From Eledone cirrhosa (taxonomy: Eukaryota): a stretch of DNA of 64,000 bases. This document shows, piece after piece, positions 43,458 to 57,644 of this stretch; within the stretch, counting starts at the first letter, position 1, and each line of letters begins with the position of its first letter. The translations under genes were made by a program, and so were the position numbers. The stretch lies in contig OZ024741.1 of assembly GCA_964016885.1 (NCBI GenBank), forward strand, positions 76,446,001-76,510,000. Direction: 5' to 3'. The notes beneath the pieces are model-generated. The model was not told the DNA's origin. It was given only the letters and a program-made list of their open reading frames with translations, and made no database searches.

Positions 43458-43790
43458 ATATACGCCTTTATTCTGAACCACGCTGTGTTAGTGCTAGTGT
43501 TAATAATACTAGTCACTCAAGCTTAAATTATATATATAGATAAGCTTTCAACAAAAATAGTTTGTTTACAAAATCTATAAGACTTTACTGTCTTTTATAG
43601 CTCAGCATCTGAGCGTAAGTAAACGAATAATGACGAACTGCAACGAGTGAAAAAATACATATATATAAAGTCTTATAGATTTCGTAAACAAACTATTCTT
43701 GTTGAAAGCCTATTTATATATAGTTTAAGCTTTAGTAGCATGTAGTTTTATCGCTAACACTAACGCTCTGATTTTGAACAAATGCGTATA
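43458..43790. repeat. Imperfect inverted repeat (core arms 43519-43587 and 43666-43732)
   Basis: AAGCTTAAA..TTTCAACAA.AATAGTTTGTTTAC.AAATCTATAAGACTTTA is mirrored; left arm plus spacer is homologous to 12188-12260 beside the PLE remnant. Confidence 0.85.
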
Positions 43791-43923
43791 CCAGGGGCGG
43801 TGGAAGCATTTCTGAATTAGGGGTGACAAATTTGGACAATTTAGTTGTAGTTATTATTTTAGCTCTTTGCACTCCAAAATGGTCAGTAAAACTACGATAT
43901 TCGATAAACATAACATGTACATA

Positions 43924-44700
43924 AATTGTAGCGCATATCCAAATAGATGTGTGTTTTGGTAGTTTGGAGAGAAAATAAATATAAAAACATCATATATAAC
44001 AAAAGAACATTACAAGAAATCCCATATTTACGAACATACTACTATACAATTACTGATTTCCCAAGCCCCATTATTTGGGACCAGAGAGTGCCACCAAACT
44101 CTCCTCCACTCTATGTCTATCACACAATATTCTGTTTTAATACCCCTCTCTGTATCAACTAAAACCAAACTCTAACCCTCTCTATATCTACCACGACACC
44201 GCCTCTCTTATCCCACTCTCAACATCTGAGACTAATACACTCTCTCACTCTCTATATCTACCATACAACACGCTCTCTAATTCCCTCTCACTCTATCCAG
44301 CACTACCAAACTCTCTCCCTCTCTATATCTATCAATACCTATCTCTATGAATCCTCTCACTCTATTCATTACCATCAAACCCTCCCCCTCTCTACATCAA
44401 CCATACAATACTCTCTTTCAATCACCCCTCTATATCAATTAACACCAAACTCTCCCCCTCTGTATATCTACTACATTGAACTCTATCATATTCCTCCCTC
44501 TATATCAATAAACATCAATCTCTCCCCCTCTCTATATCTAATATACAACACACTCTCCCAACCTTCCTCTCTATATCAATTACCTCCCAACTCTCCCCCT
44601 CTCTATTTCTACATCTATCTCTCCCATGTGACTCTACATAACATTGCATGAATTGTAGCGCATATACAAATAGATGTGGGTTTTGGTAGTTTGAGGAGAA
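43924..44700. repeat. Degenerate CTCTCTATATC-type minisatellite between ~45-bp direct repeats
   Basis: AATTGTAGCGCATAT.CAAATAGATGTG.GTTTTGGTAGTTTG at 43924 and 44651. Confidence 0.7.
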
Positions 44701-45103
44701 AAATATAATTATTAGGGGTTAGTTTAGCCTCATTTTCAGGCAAGGCCAGTCGCAACTCGCTCGGTATGCAAAAGAGGCTGCTCAGCCAAGTACACTTAAG
44801 AAACTACTATATATTTTCAACCGTTCAACGGCCAGTGTTGAACAATCAGGTGACGATCGGTCACCGGCACCGCACAGCTCCAAATCGGGCCGTTTGTTTA
44901 CAAATGAATCGAACATTAACACATACGTACATATGTGTGGGTATGCATACTTACATTTATGTATAGCTGTGCTAGGGCGAGAAATAAAATTCTAATTATA
45001 TATATATATATATATAATGGAAAATTTGAACAGGAACAAAACAGAGAGGCAGTACAACGAATGTTTATTAATTTCACGCTCTTGAGAGTGGGGTGGTGGT
45101 GGG

Positions 45104-45140
45104 GAACGACGTTTCGGGCATAAGCCCTTCTTCAGGTGAA
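45104..45140 (-). ncRNA. Minimal type I hammerhead ribozyme with intact core
   Basis: Minus strand AC-CTGAAGA-A-GGGC-TTAT-GCCC-GAAAC-GTC-GT: CUGANGA, 4-bp stem II, GAAA, palindromic ACGU stem III, GUC site. Lies in a TA-flanked element at about 45015-45380. Confidence 0.8.
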
Positions 45141-45391
45141 AAGTCTGTGGGAAGAGAGTTCAAAGGGTGTGTAGGGGAGTGGTGGAGAGACATATAGCAA
45201 AAAGGGGGTGGGAGGAAACGGTGCAAATGAAATTAAAAATAAAAGCATGATCAAAATAAAATTAAAATGGGGTAAAACAGGTGGTGGAAGAGTGTGGGGC
45301 GTGTAGGGGTGGTGGCGGGTGGAGTGGGGAGAGGGAGACGGGGTGTCCGAGCGGGGAGGGCTGAAGGTGGTGTGTGTGTATATATATATAT

Positions 45392-45624
45392 ATAGGAGAA
45401 AGTATCACCACGACGGCAGAGCTCAAGCCGTTTCAACGGCTATTTCTGAACTAAAGTAAGAGAAATAGCCGTCGAAACGGCTTGAGCTCTGCCGTCGGGG
45501 TCATACTGTCTCCTATTACCCACCCTACTACCCTAAGTATTGAGTACTCTGGTGCGTTATTGTCCATCTGGTTCTTTACCACAACTCCTTCGTTATATCT
45601 GGTTCCTTACCACAACTCCTTCGT

Positions 45625-45630
<6 letters not shown>
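45392..45630 (+). mobile_element. Fold-back HHR-derived short element (arms 45392-45447 and 45461-45516, then tail)
   Basis: 56-bp arms with 4 mismatches; right arm has GAA-ACGGC-TTGAGCTCT-GCCGT-C-GGGG; homologous to 59757-59950 and 57328-57383. Confidence 0.85.
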
Positions 45631-45668
<38 letters not shown>

Positions 45669-45727
45669 TATAGATATATAGTCTTTATCGGGCCCCTCTT
45701 CCGATTTTAGGCTTCACATTTGTTATT

Positions 45728-45809
<82 letters not shown>

Positions 45810-45991
45810 AGGTTCGGCAATTTAATGCTTTTCGGCTTTTTTAATCCCTGTGGTATTCGGCCGTGTAATTTTAGTTTCTTTCATTGGGATTTAATCCTAT
45901 ATCAGACATGTTTTAATTAAAGTTAATTCCGAATTTAATGTTGAAATTAATACTCAAAAATCCGACTGCAGTATGGTTCGCTATAAACCAA

Positions 45992-47277
45992 TCTATATAT
46001 ATAAAACTGTGGTTGTCTGTCTGTCTATCGATTTTTGGCACACATCTCCTCTTAGAATCTCTCACGGAATTGCACCGAAATTGCTATACTTGTACATTGA
46101 GCCCTAGCGAAGACATCGGAAAAAAAATATTTCAAATTGACCCGCCCTATCTGACGAAATCGAATATAATGTATCGATTTTTGAGCGTAAGTGATCAGTT
46201 ATTTCCCTTTGTTCTGTTTACATTGAGCGTCTGCGTGCAAAAATTAAAAAAATTACGCTGGCTTTCTCAGCATTTAAAATGACATTAACACAATAATTTT
46301 TACTTGAAAACAAGTCTATTTAAAGACTACGTAAAACAAGCAAATATTTCGTAAAAAAAAGCAAAAATTATATAAGTTTATTTAAAATATATGTATCTGT
46401 AAATTTCGTTACGCGTGCAGTCAGTTTTATATATATAGATGATAAACAATAATATCCTCTATGAGGTCACTAAACCTGCTAGAAACAGCAGCTAACTCTC
46501 CCTCATATCACACCACTCCCTACTGTCTTAAATTTAGAAAACACATATCCTCTATGAGGTTACTAAACCTGCTAGAAACAGCAGCTAACTCTCCCTCATA
46601 TCACACCACTCCCTACTGTCTTAAATTTAGAAAACACATATCCTCTATGAGGTTACTAAACCTGCTAGAAACAGCAGCTAACTCTCCCCCATATCATACC
46701 CCTCCCTACTGTCTTAAATTTAGAAAACATATCTTCTATGAGGTCACTAAACCTGCTAGAAACAGCAGCTAACTCTCCCTCATATCACACCACTCCCTAC
46801 TGTCTTAAATTTAGAAAACACATATCCTCTATGAGGTCACTAAACCTGCTAGAAACAGCAGCTAACTCTCCCTCATATCACACCACTCCCTACTGTCTTA
46901 AATTTAGAAAACACATATCCTCTATGAGGTCACTAAACCTGCTAGAAACAACAGCTAACTTTCCCTCATATCACAACCCTCCCTACTGTCTTAAATTTAG
47001 AAAACACACAGACAACCATGCAGAACAACTCCATCGCAGCTCTGTTGTTCGGCTGGCATCGTCTACTCGCGTGTTGCGCAAGTACTGTGAAACAATAAAT
47101 TTCAACACTTTTTTGCACAGAGATAATATCCATAGGCGAAACTACAATTGTCACTGCTGGCGCAGCTCATGCTTCCAGGTCTGCAATTCATTCACCCAGT
47201 GCCTGGCAGACAAAAAAGTGCTGCAACCTAACTTTGGTAACTTAATGACCCCGAGCAACGCCGGGCTTTAATGCTAG
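45992..47277 (+). mobile_element. Non-autonomous Helitron
   Basis: A|TCTATATATATAAAAC start; 3' hairpin CCCG-AGCAACGC-CGGG then CTAG|T; termini shared with 52442-53887. Confidence 0.85.
46453..47008. repeat. Tandem array, about 6 x 93 bp, inside the Helitron
   Basis: ATATCCTCTATGAGGTCACTAAACCTGCTAGAAACAGCAGCTAACTCTCCCTCATATCAC... repeats at 93-bp period (one unit is 91 bp). Confidence 0.95.
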
Positions 47278-47459
47278 TATCTTTTATAATGAAATGTGAA
47301 ACGCACTAATTACATGTACACTATATATATATATATCTTAACATGTTATGCCTCTGAATATCATCTCTATATTCTGGTTGGTATTCAGCTTCTCATTATG
47401 AAACGTGTCAAAATTATTTTTTGCCGAAGGTACAACATGCATTAGACAAATTCAAAAGG

Positions 47460-47678
47460 GCGGTATTTTCGCAGTATCGGTTGAGCGTTGGATAACATGT
47501 TTTTCCGCATATAGTTACGTCCCTTTACGTTCTGAGCGCAAATCCCGCTGAGGTTAGCTTTGCCATTCATTTTTATGGTGCCGATAAAATAAAGTATCAG
47601 TAACGCACGGGGGATCGATTTAATCGACTTTTCCCTCCCCAAAGACTGTTGGCCTTGTGCCTAAATCAGAAACCATTA
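47460..47678 (+). mobile_element. tRNA-derived SINE, diverged copy
   Basis: GCAGTATCGG, CTGAGCGCAAATCCC, TTTGCCATTCAT, CGATAAAATAAAGTATCAG, GGCCTTGTGCCTAAA. Confidence 0.75.
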
Positions 47679-48149
47679 TACTAAAATTCGAAGATAATTC
47701 GAAAACTTTTAGGGAGATAAGTTGCTCTTTGCAAATGCCAACCCATTGTTCACCAGCCACATAATACGATAATTGCAATTTGTTACTTTCGTACGATGTT
47801 CCTCATTGGCTGAACAATCCAACCCAATTTGTAAGTAAATCATTAATAGAAATGTTTCTTTGTACAGATTAATGAGAAGCTTTTAACGATGCGGGCAATC
47901 AATTTTGACCTGTACATATCAATCTCCCCATAGAATTTGATGTCAAAGTTAACTTTGTCGCTCCTCATCTTAGCAAATGCTCATGTGGAAAGAGTGTTTA
48001 ACTGCGTGAATTTTATTATTTTCATAACTGCATTGGAGAACTTGAAAATAGCTTTAATGAATGCAACTGAAGGATGTTTGAAACCAAAGAAGCTTTGTCT
48101 GCTGAATCAGATGCATATTGATATCAGAACTTATACACACACACACACG

Positions 48150-48322
<173 letters not shown>

Positions 48323-49432
48323 GACGCACTATTTAGCCTTATTAAAATGAATAAATATATATGTATATATATATGCAACATTTTTATTTAAATTGTTGGG
48401 ATACAACAAGCAAATATTTTTATAACTGATATAAAGCACTCAACAAATATTTGGAGTAAACATACGATATTAACAAATGGAAACTATATTTATAAAACCA
48501 TATCTATTTTATTATACATATTTCAAGGATACAATCTTAAATTATGGTATGCTTTTATCAGAAAAAATACAATATATACCAGTTTTATAAATAAATATTG
48601 ACATACCCTTACAAAATGCAACCATTACTTTTGGAAGACTCCAGGATAGTGGAGTTGTTTACTTATATTAGTAAGTCGTTGTGTTACAGAGAAGGAAAAA
48701 GACGGAGAGAGAAAAAAGGGAGAAAGAAAGAAAACAAGAAAAAAGAAAAAAGAAAAAAGAGAGAAAAGCAAAAGAGAGATATCAAAACACCAGTCAGAGA
48801 GAAAAAAACCGAGAGAGAAAAATATAGAGATAGAGAGAGGGGGAGAGAACGAAAACCTTAAGTCATGTCATATTAAGTTAAGTTAACAATTGAGATGAAA
48901 TGAATAAATAAAATTAGAAATATTAATATTCATGAATGGAATATCCATATATAATATGAGAAATTAATCATTGTTTAACTATGATTAGATATTTAGTTTA
49001 AAAATTGAGATCAATATATTAAAAATTGGAATTTAAACATTAAGAAATCTATATATTGCTAGAGAACTACATATCATATAACACTTACACACACGCAAAA
49101 ATACACATAAATATATATATACACACACTCACAAAATACAACCATATCTACCCCCGTATAAAATATATACATACAAAGCATAAATGATTTTTTTTATTTA
49201 ATGTTATACTTCCTTTGTGTTATCAAATAAAAATGTTTAATATATATATATACATATATAAGATTAGTCTATCTGCAATCAAAATGTATGGATATACATG
49301 TACATGTACACACACAACTCATACATATACATAAATATACATGTGTGTGCATCTTCAGCCAATTGGTAGACACGCGTCACGCATGCATACATACAGACAG
49401 ACATATATTCATAAAAATGCATATAACACATG

Positions 49433-49654
49433 TATCATAAATCATGTCTTTAGAATCATCAGATAAAATATATACTATTTCTTCTTCTAATTAACATAAT
49501 TAACCATATAAAAAATCAATTAGAACAAGCTATAAGAATAAATGCTCTTATGGAGAAATCTCCGACAAATAACCGAACGTAGCCTCTTCGCGGCGCCCCC
49601 AAGAAGAAATAGTATATATTTTATCTGATGATTCTAAAGACATGATTTATGATA
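49433..49654. repeat. Perfect inverted repeat, 54-bp arms (49433-49486, 49601-49654), 114-bp spacer
   Basis: TATCATAAATCATGTCTTTAGAATCATCAGATAAAATATATACTATTTCTTCTT and its exact reverse complement. Confidence 0.95.
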
Positions 49655-50078
49655 TATTGCTCTGATTTTTTAATTTATTAATTCTTCATAGAGCTTAAAA
49701 GTGACCAGTTGCAGCATGTATATATCTATAACTTTATGTATATGTTAACCTTTATATAACACATGTATATGTATGTCAATATACATACACATATATACTC
49801 ACGTATAGAGATAAGTATATATCAATATAGTACATAGTATAATTGAGTACATAAAATACAAAAGGATTATATTACAATTTGGAAATATAATAATATCAAT
49901 ATAACTTTAAAAACAAAACAATTTTAAAATATTATAGAATATTTTAAGTTAAAATAATATGTTTAATAGATTTAGTATAGAAATTTATCTTACGTATATT
50001 TTACTCAAGATATTGAAAGGATAAACTTTCGAAAATTATGAGAAGCTATCAGAATAAAAATAATCATAATAAAAAAAA

Positions 50079-50109
<31 letters not shown>

Positions 50110-50354
50110 AAAATAAATAAAGAAATAAAAATAAAGAAATAAAGAAATATAAAAAATAAGAAATAGGAAATATTTTCTCCTTTCAAGAGCTCTCAATATA
50201 TTTCTCTAGAATAGTTTATTATATTTATATTTATATTTAGGAAGAAAATTTATTTATACTTGAGTATTTAACCAAAGAAAATGAAAAAATGAAGGAATCT
50301 AATGATTTATCGATAGGTTTCATATATTAACCAAATTAATTAATTAATTATATA

Positions 50355-51403
50355 CTACATTTTAAATTTATATTTATATTGAAACGTTGAGTTCAATCTA
50401 TGTCTGCAGCAACTGAATAAATTATTCCTTAAATTCAGGGAATTTTTGGTCTTTAATATAAAGAATATTTCCTCTATACAAAGATCGCAATTTTCTGAAG
50501 AGGAGTTAAAAGGAGTAGCTTTTGAAATAATATTCCAAATCAGTGAATATTCAACATTTTCTCGTTTTAGGTCCCATAATAGGCTAGATAGAGAAGTTGA
50601 AGATTTTTTGTTTGGATCTGTAAAATAATTTTTATGATTATTGAAGCGGGATTTAAACTCTGTGGAGGTAGATCCGACATAATTAAATGAATTTAAATTA
50701 GTTTTTACATTACAATTATAAACTACATTTTTAGCTAAGCAATTGTTATTTAACGGACAGTTGGATTTATTTCTACAGTTACATTTATTTGATTGAATAT
50801 TGCTTGGGTTATTATTGGTATTTTGGTTAGGTTTTAAATTTTTATTATTAATTCTATTAATATTTTGCGCTAAATTTTTGGTGGAAGAGTAAGTTAATTT
50901 TATAGTATGTCTATTAAAAATTGAGTAATATCTATGTGTTCTAGGGAAGCATTTGTCAAGAGCTTTAAAGAATAGTTTAGCAATAGGGGTTTTAATATTT
51001 AGTGAGAAAGGAGGAGCGAACCATAATATGTTCCTAGTTCTATTTCTTTTTCGGCTTTCGGAATTATTGTAAGGTTTTCTATTATAGTTGTTAAAATTGT
51101 TAGCATAGTTAAAATTGTTATTATTATGGTTAGTTGTTATATTATTATTATCGATGTATTTAATTTTATTTCTATGCCCAGCTCTACCTAACGCTTCGTT
51201 GTAATTATGCGCTTTTTCATCAAATATATTCTTATTAGATGAAATTCTCGAAATTCGTTCTTGTACAGAGTTCATTATAGTATTTTTAACGGATCTGGGG
51301 TGATTAGAGTTAAAATTGACATAATTTAAGTTCTTATTTAGTTTGTGAAATGGATAATGAAGACATGTGTTAAGATTTAGTGTTACATCTAGAAAATTGA
51401 CTA
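50355..51403 (-). mobile_element. Penelope-like element, 5'-truncated; RT thumb, linker and GIY-YIG in one open frame
   Basis: VNFLDVTLNL, YVNFNSNHP, RISRISSN, RNILWFAPPFS, CNCRNKSNCPLNNNCLAKNVVY, YVGSTSTEFKSRFNNH, CDLCIEE, CRH; truncated at (TA)n near 51404. Confidence 0.93.
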
Positions 51404-51545
51404 TGTATATATATATATATATTGGTAAAAGGAAAAGAAAATGCTGACAAATTATTCCCAGTGAAAAATAGTTTAATTAGGTATAAGTAAAAATTAGTAA
51501 TAGTATTGGTTAATATTCAGTTTTGGTTTTAAGTTTTTACCGGTT

Positions 51546-51617
<72 letters not shown>

Positions 51618-51623
51618 CATATA

Positions 51624-51684
<61 letters not shown>

Positions 51685-51688
<4 letters not shown>

Positions 51689-52291
51689 TGGCTGCCAACT
51701 CGTTTTCGAGTACGGCCACTACTTTATATCCATGTAGGAGAGCCCCTACCGATGCACTGAACAAGTGTGACTTTTTAGTCCAGCCAGCGACTTGAAAACT
51801 CTGGTACAAACACTACACTTGTGACAATTATTGACACATAGTGCTGGGCCCATGGTACCATGTGATGACAAGTGCAGAGAGATCTCCAGATATAAAGCAA
51901 TGCCTGTGCTGTGAAGCTTTTATAGTGAGCAAAGGCACTGCACAAAGCCAGTCCCACTCTCTTAACCAAGATGATATTTACCAAAAAGAAGAACAACTCA
52001 ACATCATTGGATACCATCAGAGTTGCAGGTGTTATATCAGAGTTTTCCTTCTCCTAGAATTCTGCCTTGACAAAGGCTAAGGGGTCATCTCTCCCGGTGA
52101 TTTTGGATGGCCATCGACTCTTAAGAGCTTCTTTGCCCTTTGACAGGTTTTGTTTTTAGTCCTGCAGGATGTCCAAAGTCACTCTCTTCACCAAGAAACC
52201 TTGGTAGGGTTGCCAGTTTAGTCGCCAACGACCCGACCATGGGACAGGTTGTACTGGGATACATGTTACTAGTAGCACCAACTGGTGACCT

Positions 52292-52294
<3 letters not shown>
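51685..52294 (-). mobile_element. Full-length RTE-derived SINE/SIDE family 2
   Basis: Head GTCAGGTCAC..GGCGACTAAACTGG, RTE-like UTR CTAGGAGAAGGAAAACTCTG, zinc-finger tail, 3' end GCAGCCACCAT then (AT)n. Confidence 0.92.
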
Positions 52295-52361
<67 letters not shown>

Positions 52362-52373
52362 AGGTCACCAGTT

Positions 52374-52427
<54 letters not shown>

Positions 52428-52441
52428 TACATACATATATA

Positions 52442-53887
52442 TCTCTATATATATAAAACGGAAGATGTCTGTCTGTGTGTGTGTATGATTTTTATGCATT
52501 TCCACATTTCTCTACCGATTTTGATGATTTCTTTTTCTAATGTGCTCCAAATTTACCAACGATGGTCAAAGTGTAATAAACTTTGCCAAATATTTTCCTG
52601 CTCCCATGAAAAGAATCGATAAAACTAAATACATGCTGTAACGCTCTCTCTTACACGCTTATTCACTCTCTCTACTACTCAACAGCGACAAAACTTCGTT
52701 CAGGAACGCGACATAAACTTTGAAAACTAAGCATCACATCATTTTATACAACAACAAACATAGTCATAACGCTCTCTCCGTGGCTCTTCCCTCTCTCTAT
52801 AATAGATCCTTCCCCCTCTCTATAATTTAACTGCTTTACTCTCTTCACGCTTTGAGGTTTAACACACCTCTCTATAGTTTCTTAGCTTTACTCTCTCCGT
52901 CGCTCTTCCCTCTCTCTATAATAGATTATTCCCCCCTCTCTATAATTTAACTGCTTTACTCTCTCTGTCGCTCTTCACTCTCTATATGACAACACTGTTT
53001 TAAACACCTCCCTATAGTTTCATAGCTTTACTCTCTCCATCGCTCTTCCCGCTCTCTATAATAGATTATTCTCCCTCTCTATAATTTAATTGGTGGGGGA
53101 GTCATTGGAGTTCCGTATTTTCTGGGGTATTTTAAATCGGCTTATTGCAAATAACAACCCGCAAAATAACACTTCATATAACAGATCAATGCTATAGACA
53201 TATGAATCGGAATGTTTAAATTATTTATTTTTTACGACTTTCAGTGGTTAAATATTAATATGACAACACCCATAGTGTTGTACCTCTGGCAATTCTACCG
53301 AATACACTGCCAACGATGAACCTTTTCCCCTCGACGTCAGATATCCCGTTCGATTTCCGGCGATCCCAATTCCCGGTAAGACCATGTTTTGCCATGTCCA
53401 TTAACAAGTCACAATGGCAAACATTGTCGGTGGCGGGCATCCATTTGGGGGAGCCATGCTTCTCCCATGGCCAACTTTATGTTGCCTGTTCCCGCGTAGG
53501 GAGCAGGAATGGACGTTTTGCTTACACTCCTCAAGGGATGACACGCAATATCGTCTACAAAGAGGTGCTATAGATGTTTGTGGAGGTGTTGGAGCTATGC
53601 CGTCTGGAAAACTATTTCCTGGTAGGGTCATCCATGGCGGACAGATCTGACACCTAGCGGCATCAGTGCCACCATCTTGCAACATTGGTCTGCTAAATTC
53701 GCTATTGGAAGATTATTAACCCATCATTGATTGTCCAAAATGCTAATTCGTTCGTAACTTTTAATAACCAGTTCAACTGCTTTATGCACTTAATTGATAA
53801 GCTTATTCGCTTTCAAGCCACGTTTACCTGTATGTAACTTTTCATAGCAAATGAACAAACCTGAGCAACGCCGGGCTAAACTGCTAG
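52442..53887 (+). mobile_element. Internally deleted Helitron
   Basis: A|TCTCTATATATATAAAACG start; CCTG-AGCAACGC-CGGG hairpin then CTAG|T; internal CTCTCTATAAT repeats at 52770-53090; helicase remnant. Confidence 0.92.
53316..53573 (+). pseudogene. C-terminal PIF1-like helicase fragment of Helitron RepHel
   Basis: PFDFRRSQFPVRPCFAMSINKSQWQTL, CFSHGQLYVACSRV, TRNIVYKEVL*. Confidence 0.93.
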
Positions 53888-53929
53888 TACACACACACAC
53901 ATATATATATATATTATCATATTTACACA

Positions 53930-54497
53930 TATTTTTTCCTCTGCTGCTACACCGTCTTTTTCGTTCTATGTATCTTTACCCTTTCTAGCAGTCTCTCTCT
54001 CTGTTAGCCTCTTCCTCACCTCACCCTTCACTCACTCATTCTCTGTCACTACCTCTCCTCCTCCTCCTCTTTCTTCCCGTTTGACCTGTGAGTAACTCTT
54101 TTCTCTCACATTCTCGGCCAAGCTGGTCGGAATTTTTTTCTCTCTCGTCTACGATTTCACAGAACTTATGTTTACCGAATTCGCAGACCAGACCCCTTCT
54201 TCCTCCCGTTAGACCTGTGCGAAATTCCTTCTTTGCTCACATTTCAACCAGGTTTGATGGTCTTTATTCTCTCGTTCACGATTTCACCGAACTTAAATTC
54301 ATAGAAATCTGGGACTTGTCTCCTTCTTCCTCACTTTCTGTTGCCTCACCATTTTGTTTGTTTACCCTTGCGTCCCCTTTATTTACGTGTCCCAACGACT
54401 TTTTTTAGCCGTTGCTCGCACCAACCGGAGGTATATGGTCTTTAAAGCGATGAAATGCCTATGATAGTTGGAAGATCACTGATGAAGGACAAACTTT

Positions 54498-54500
<3 letters not shown>
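53930..54500 (+). mobile_element. Non-autonomous repeat, same family as 7380-7930
   Basis: Shared blocks as listed for 7380-7930; ends CTGATGAAGGACAAAC (HHR 5' core at 54479-54485) just before (TA)n. Confidence 0.6.
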
Positions 54501-54562
<62 letters not shown>

Positions 54563-54574
54563 CATATATATACA

Positions 54575-55349
54575 TATATGCAAAAGAAACCAAAGAACGC
54601 TTACATACTCAAACAGTTTTTATTTGCTTACAATGTTTCATCCATACCGTTTGGTAGCTGAATTACATAGTCCATGAGTGCTCCACAAGCATATAGATAG
54701 GTATCACAATGCAAGCCATACACAAGCAAATTAGGGTTATTACAACTGTGGTCTTTCTGGATGTACCGTAAGAACCTCTTAGTGCTCATATAACTATAAG
54801 TTACGGAGACCCTATTCACTCGCTTTATTAGGGACCAGCGCTTAATTTCCTCTGGCTTCTTTATGTGCTTAAAACATGTTTCTTCTTTCTTTCTAAAAAG
54901 ATTTTTTTTTTATTTCTTACCTTTTTATTTACTTTTTATCTTTTTATCTCTTTATATTATCTTCCTTTTATTTTCTATTTTTTTTTTTTTTTTAAATTAT
55001 TTTATTATTATTATATATTTTTTATTATGTTTTAACCATTGCTTGTATTTTTTGTATTTTTTGCTTTTGTGTGCCATCAATTGTATGTGAAATCTGCTAG
55101 TGCCCTAACATTTAGCTGTGGTGCTTAACAACCCCAACATGTACCCCCTCCTTGTTCGTCATCTCCGATCTCCCTATCTTTACCATCTATTTCATTCCGA
55201 TTGTTCGTGTGACTAGGCTCGGTGGAGCTTATACTCAGCACTGTGTTTATTAAGCTCTGAGGATTCCTACCAAACGGTATGGATGAAACATTGTAAGCAA
55301 ATAAAAACTGTTTGAGTATGTAAGCGTTCTTTGGTTTCTTTTGTATATA
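54575..55349 (+). mobile_element. PLE-type insertion with inverted partial terminal repeat (54575-54657 vs 55267-55349)
   Basis: 83-bp near-perfect inverted arms about 610 bp apart; the right arm overlaps an HHR. Confidence 0.8.
55254..55298 (+). ncRNA. Minimal type I hammerhead ribozyme
   Basis: GCT-CTGAGGA-T-TCC-TACC-AAAC-GGTA-T-GGA-T-GAAAC-ATT-GTA-AGC: stem I GCU/AGC, stem II, near-palindromic stem III ACAUUGU, GUA site. Confidence 0.75.
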
Positions 55350-55561
55350 ACGGCTCTGTTCCTGTACATTGAGCTAACAAAATACTGTCATAATACAACA
55401 CGGTGCATGTGTGTTTATGCATTATATGCTCCGTGCTGTACGTAAATAAATATATATACATATATACGTATATATTTATTAATTTTATTAAGGCTAAATA
55501 GTAGGTCTTGTTACTCACTATATACCCAACTCGTCTGCCAGCTTTGGCTATTTTTTAACTA

Positions 55562-55851
<290 letters not shown>

Positions 55852-55967
55852 TTTGTATGTATGTATGCATGGATCGCAGCACCGTTAATTGTTATTGTGT
55901 GTGTATATGTATATATAGATATGTATATGTGTGTGTGTATGTGAATGTGTTTGTGTGTGTGTGTGTA

Positions 55968-57616
<1,649 letters not shown>

Positions 57617-57644
57617 TTATTATTGGGCGGTGGATTGGCACTGG

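Noticed and set aside
46453-47008. CRISPR array or 31-aa repeat protein
   Set aside because: Contiguous tandem units with no unique spacers, eukaryotic context, and a frameshift between units.
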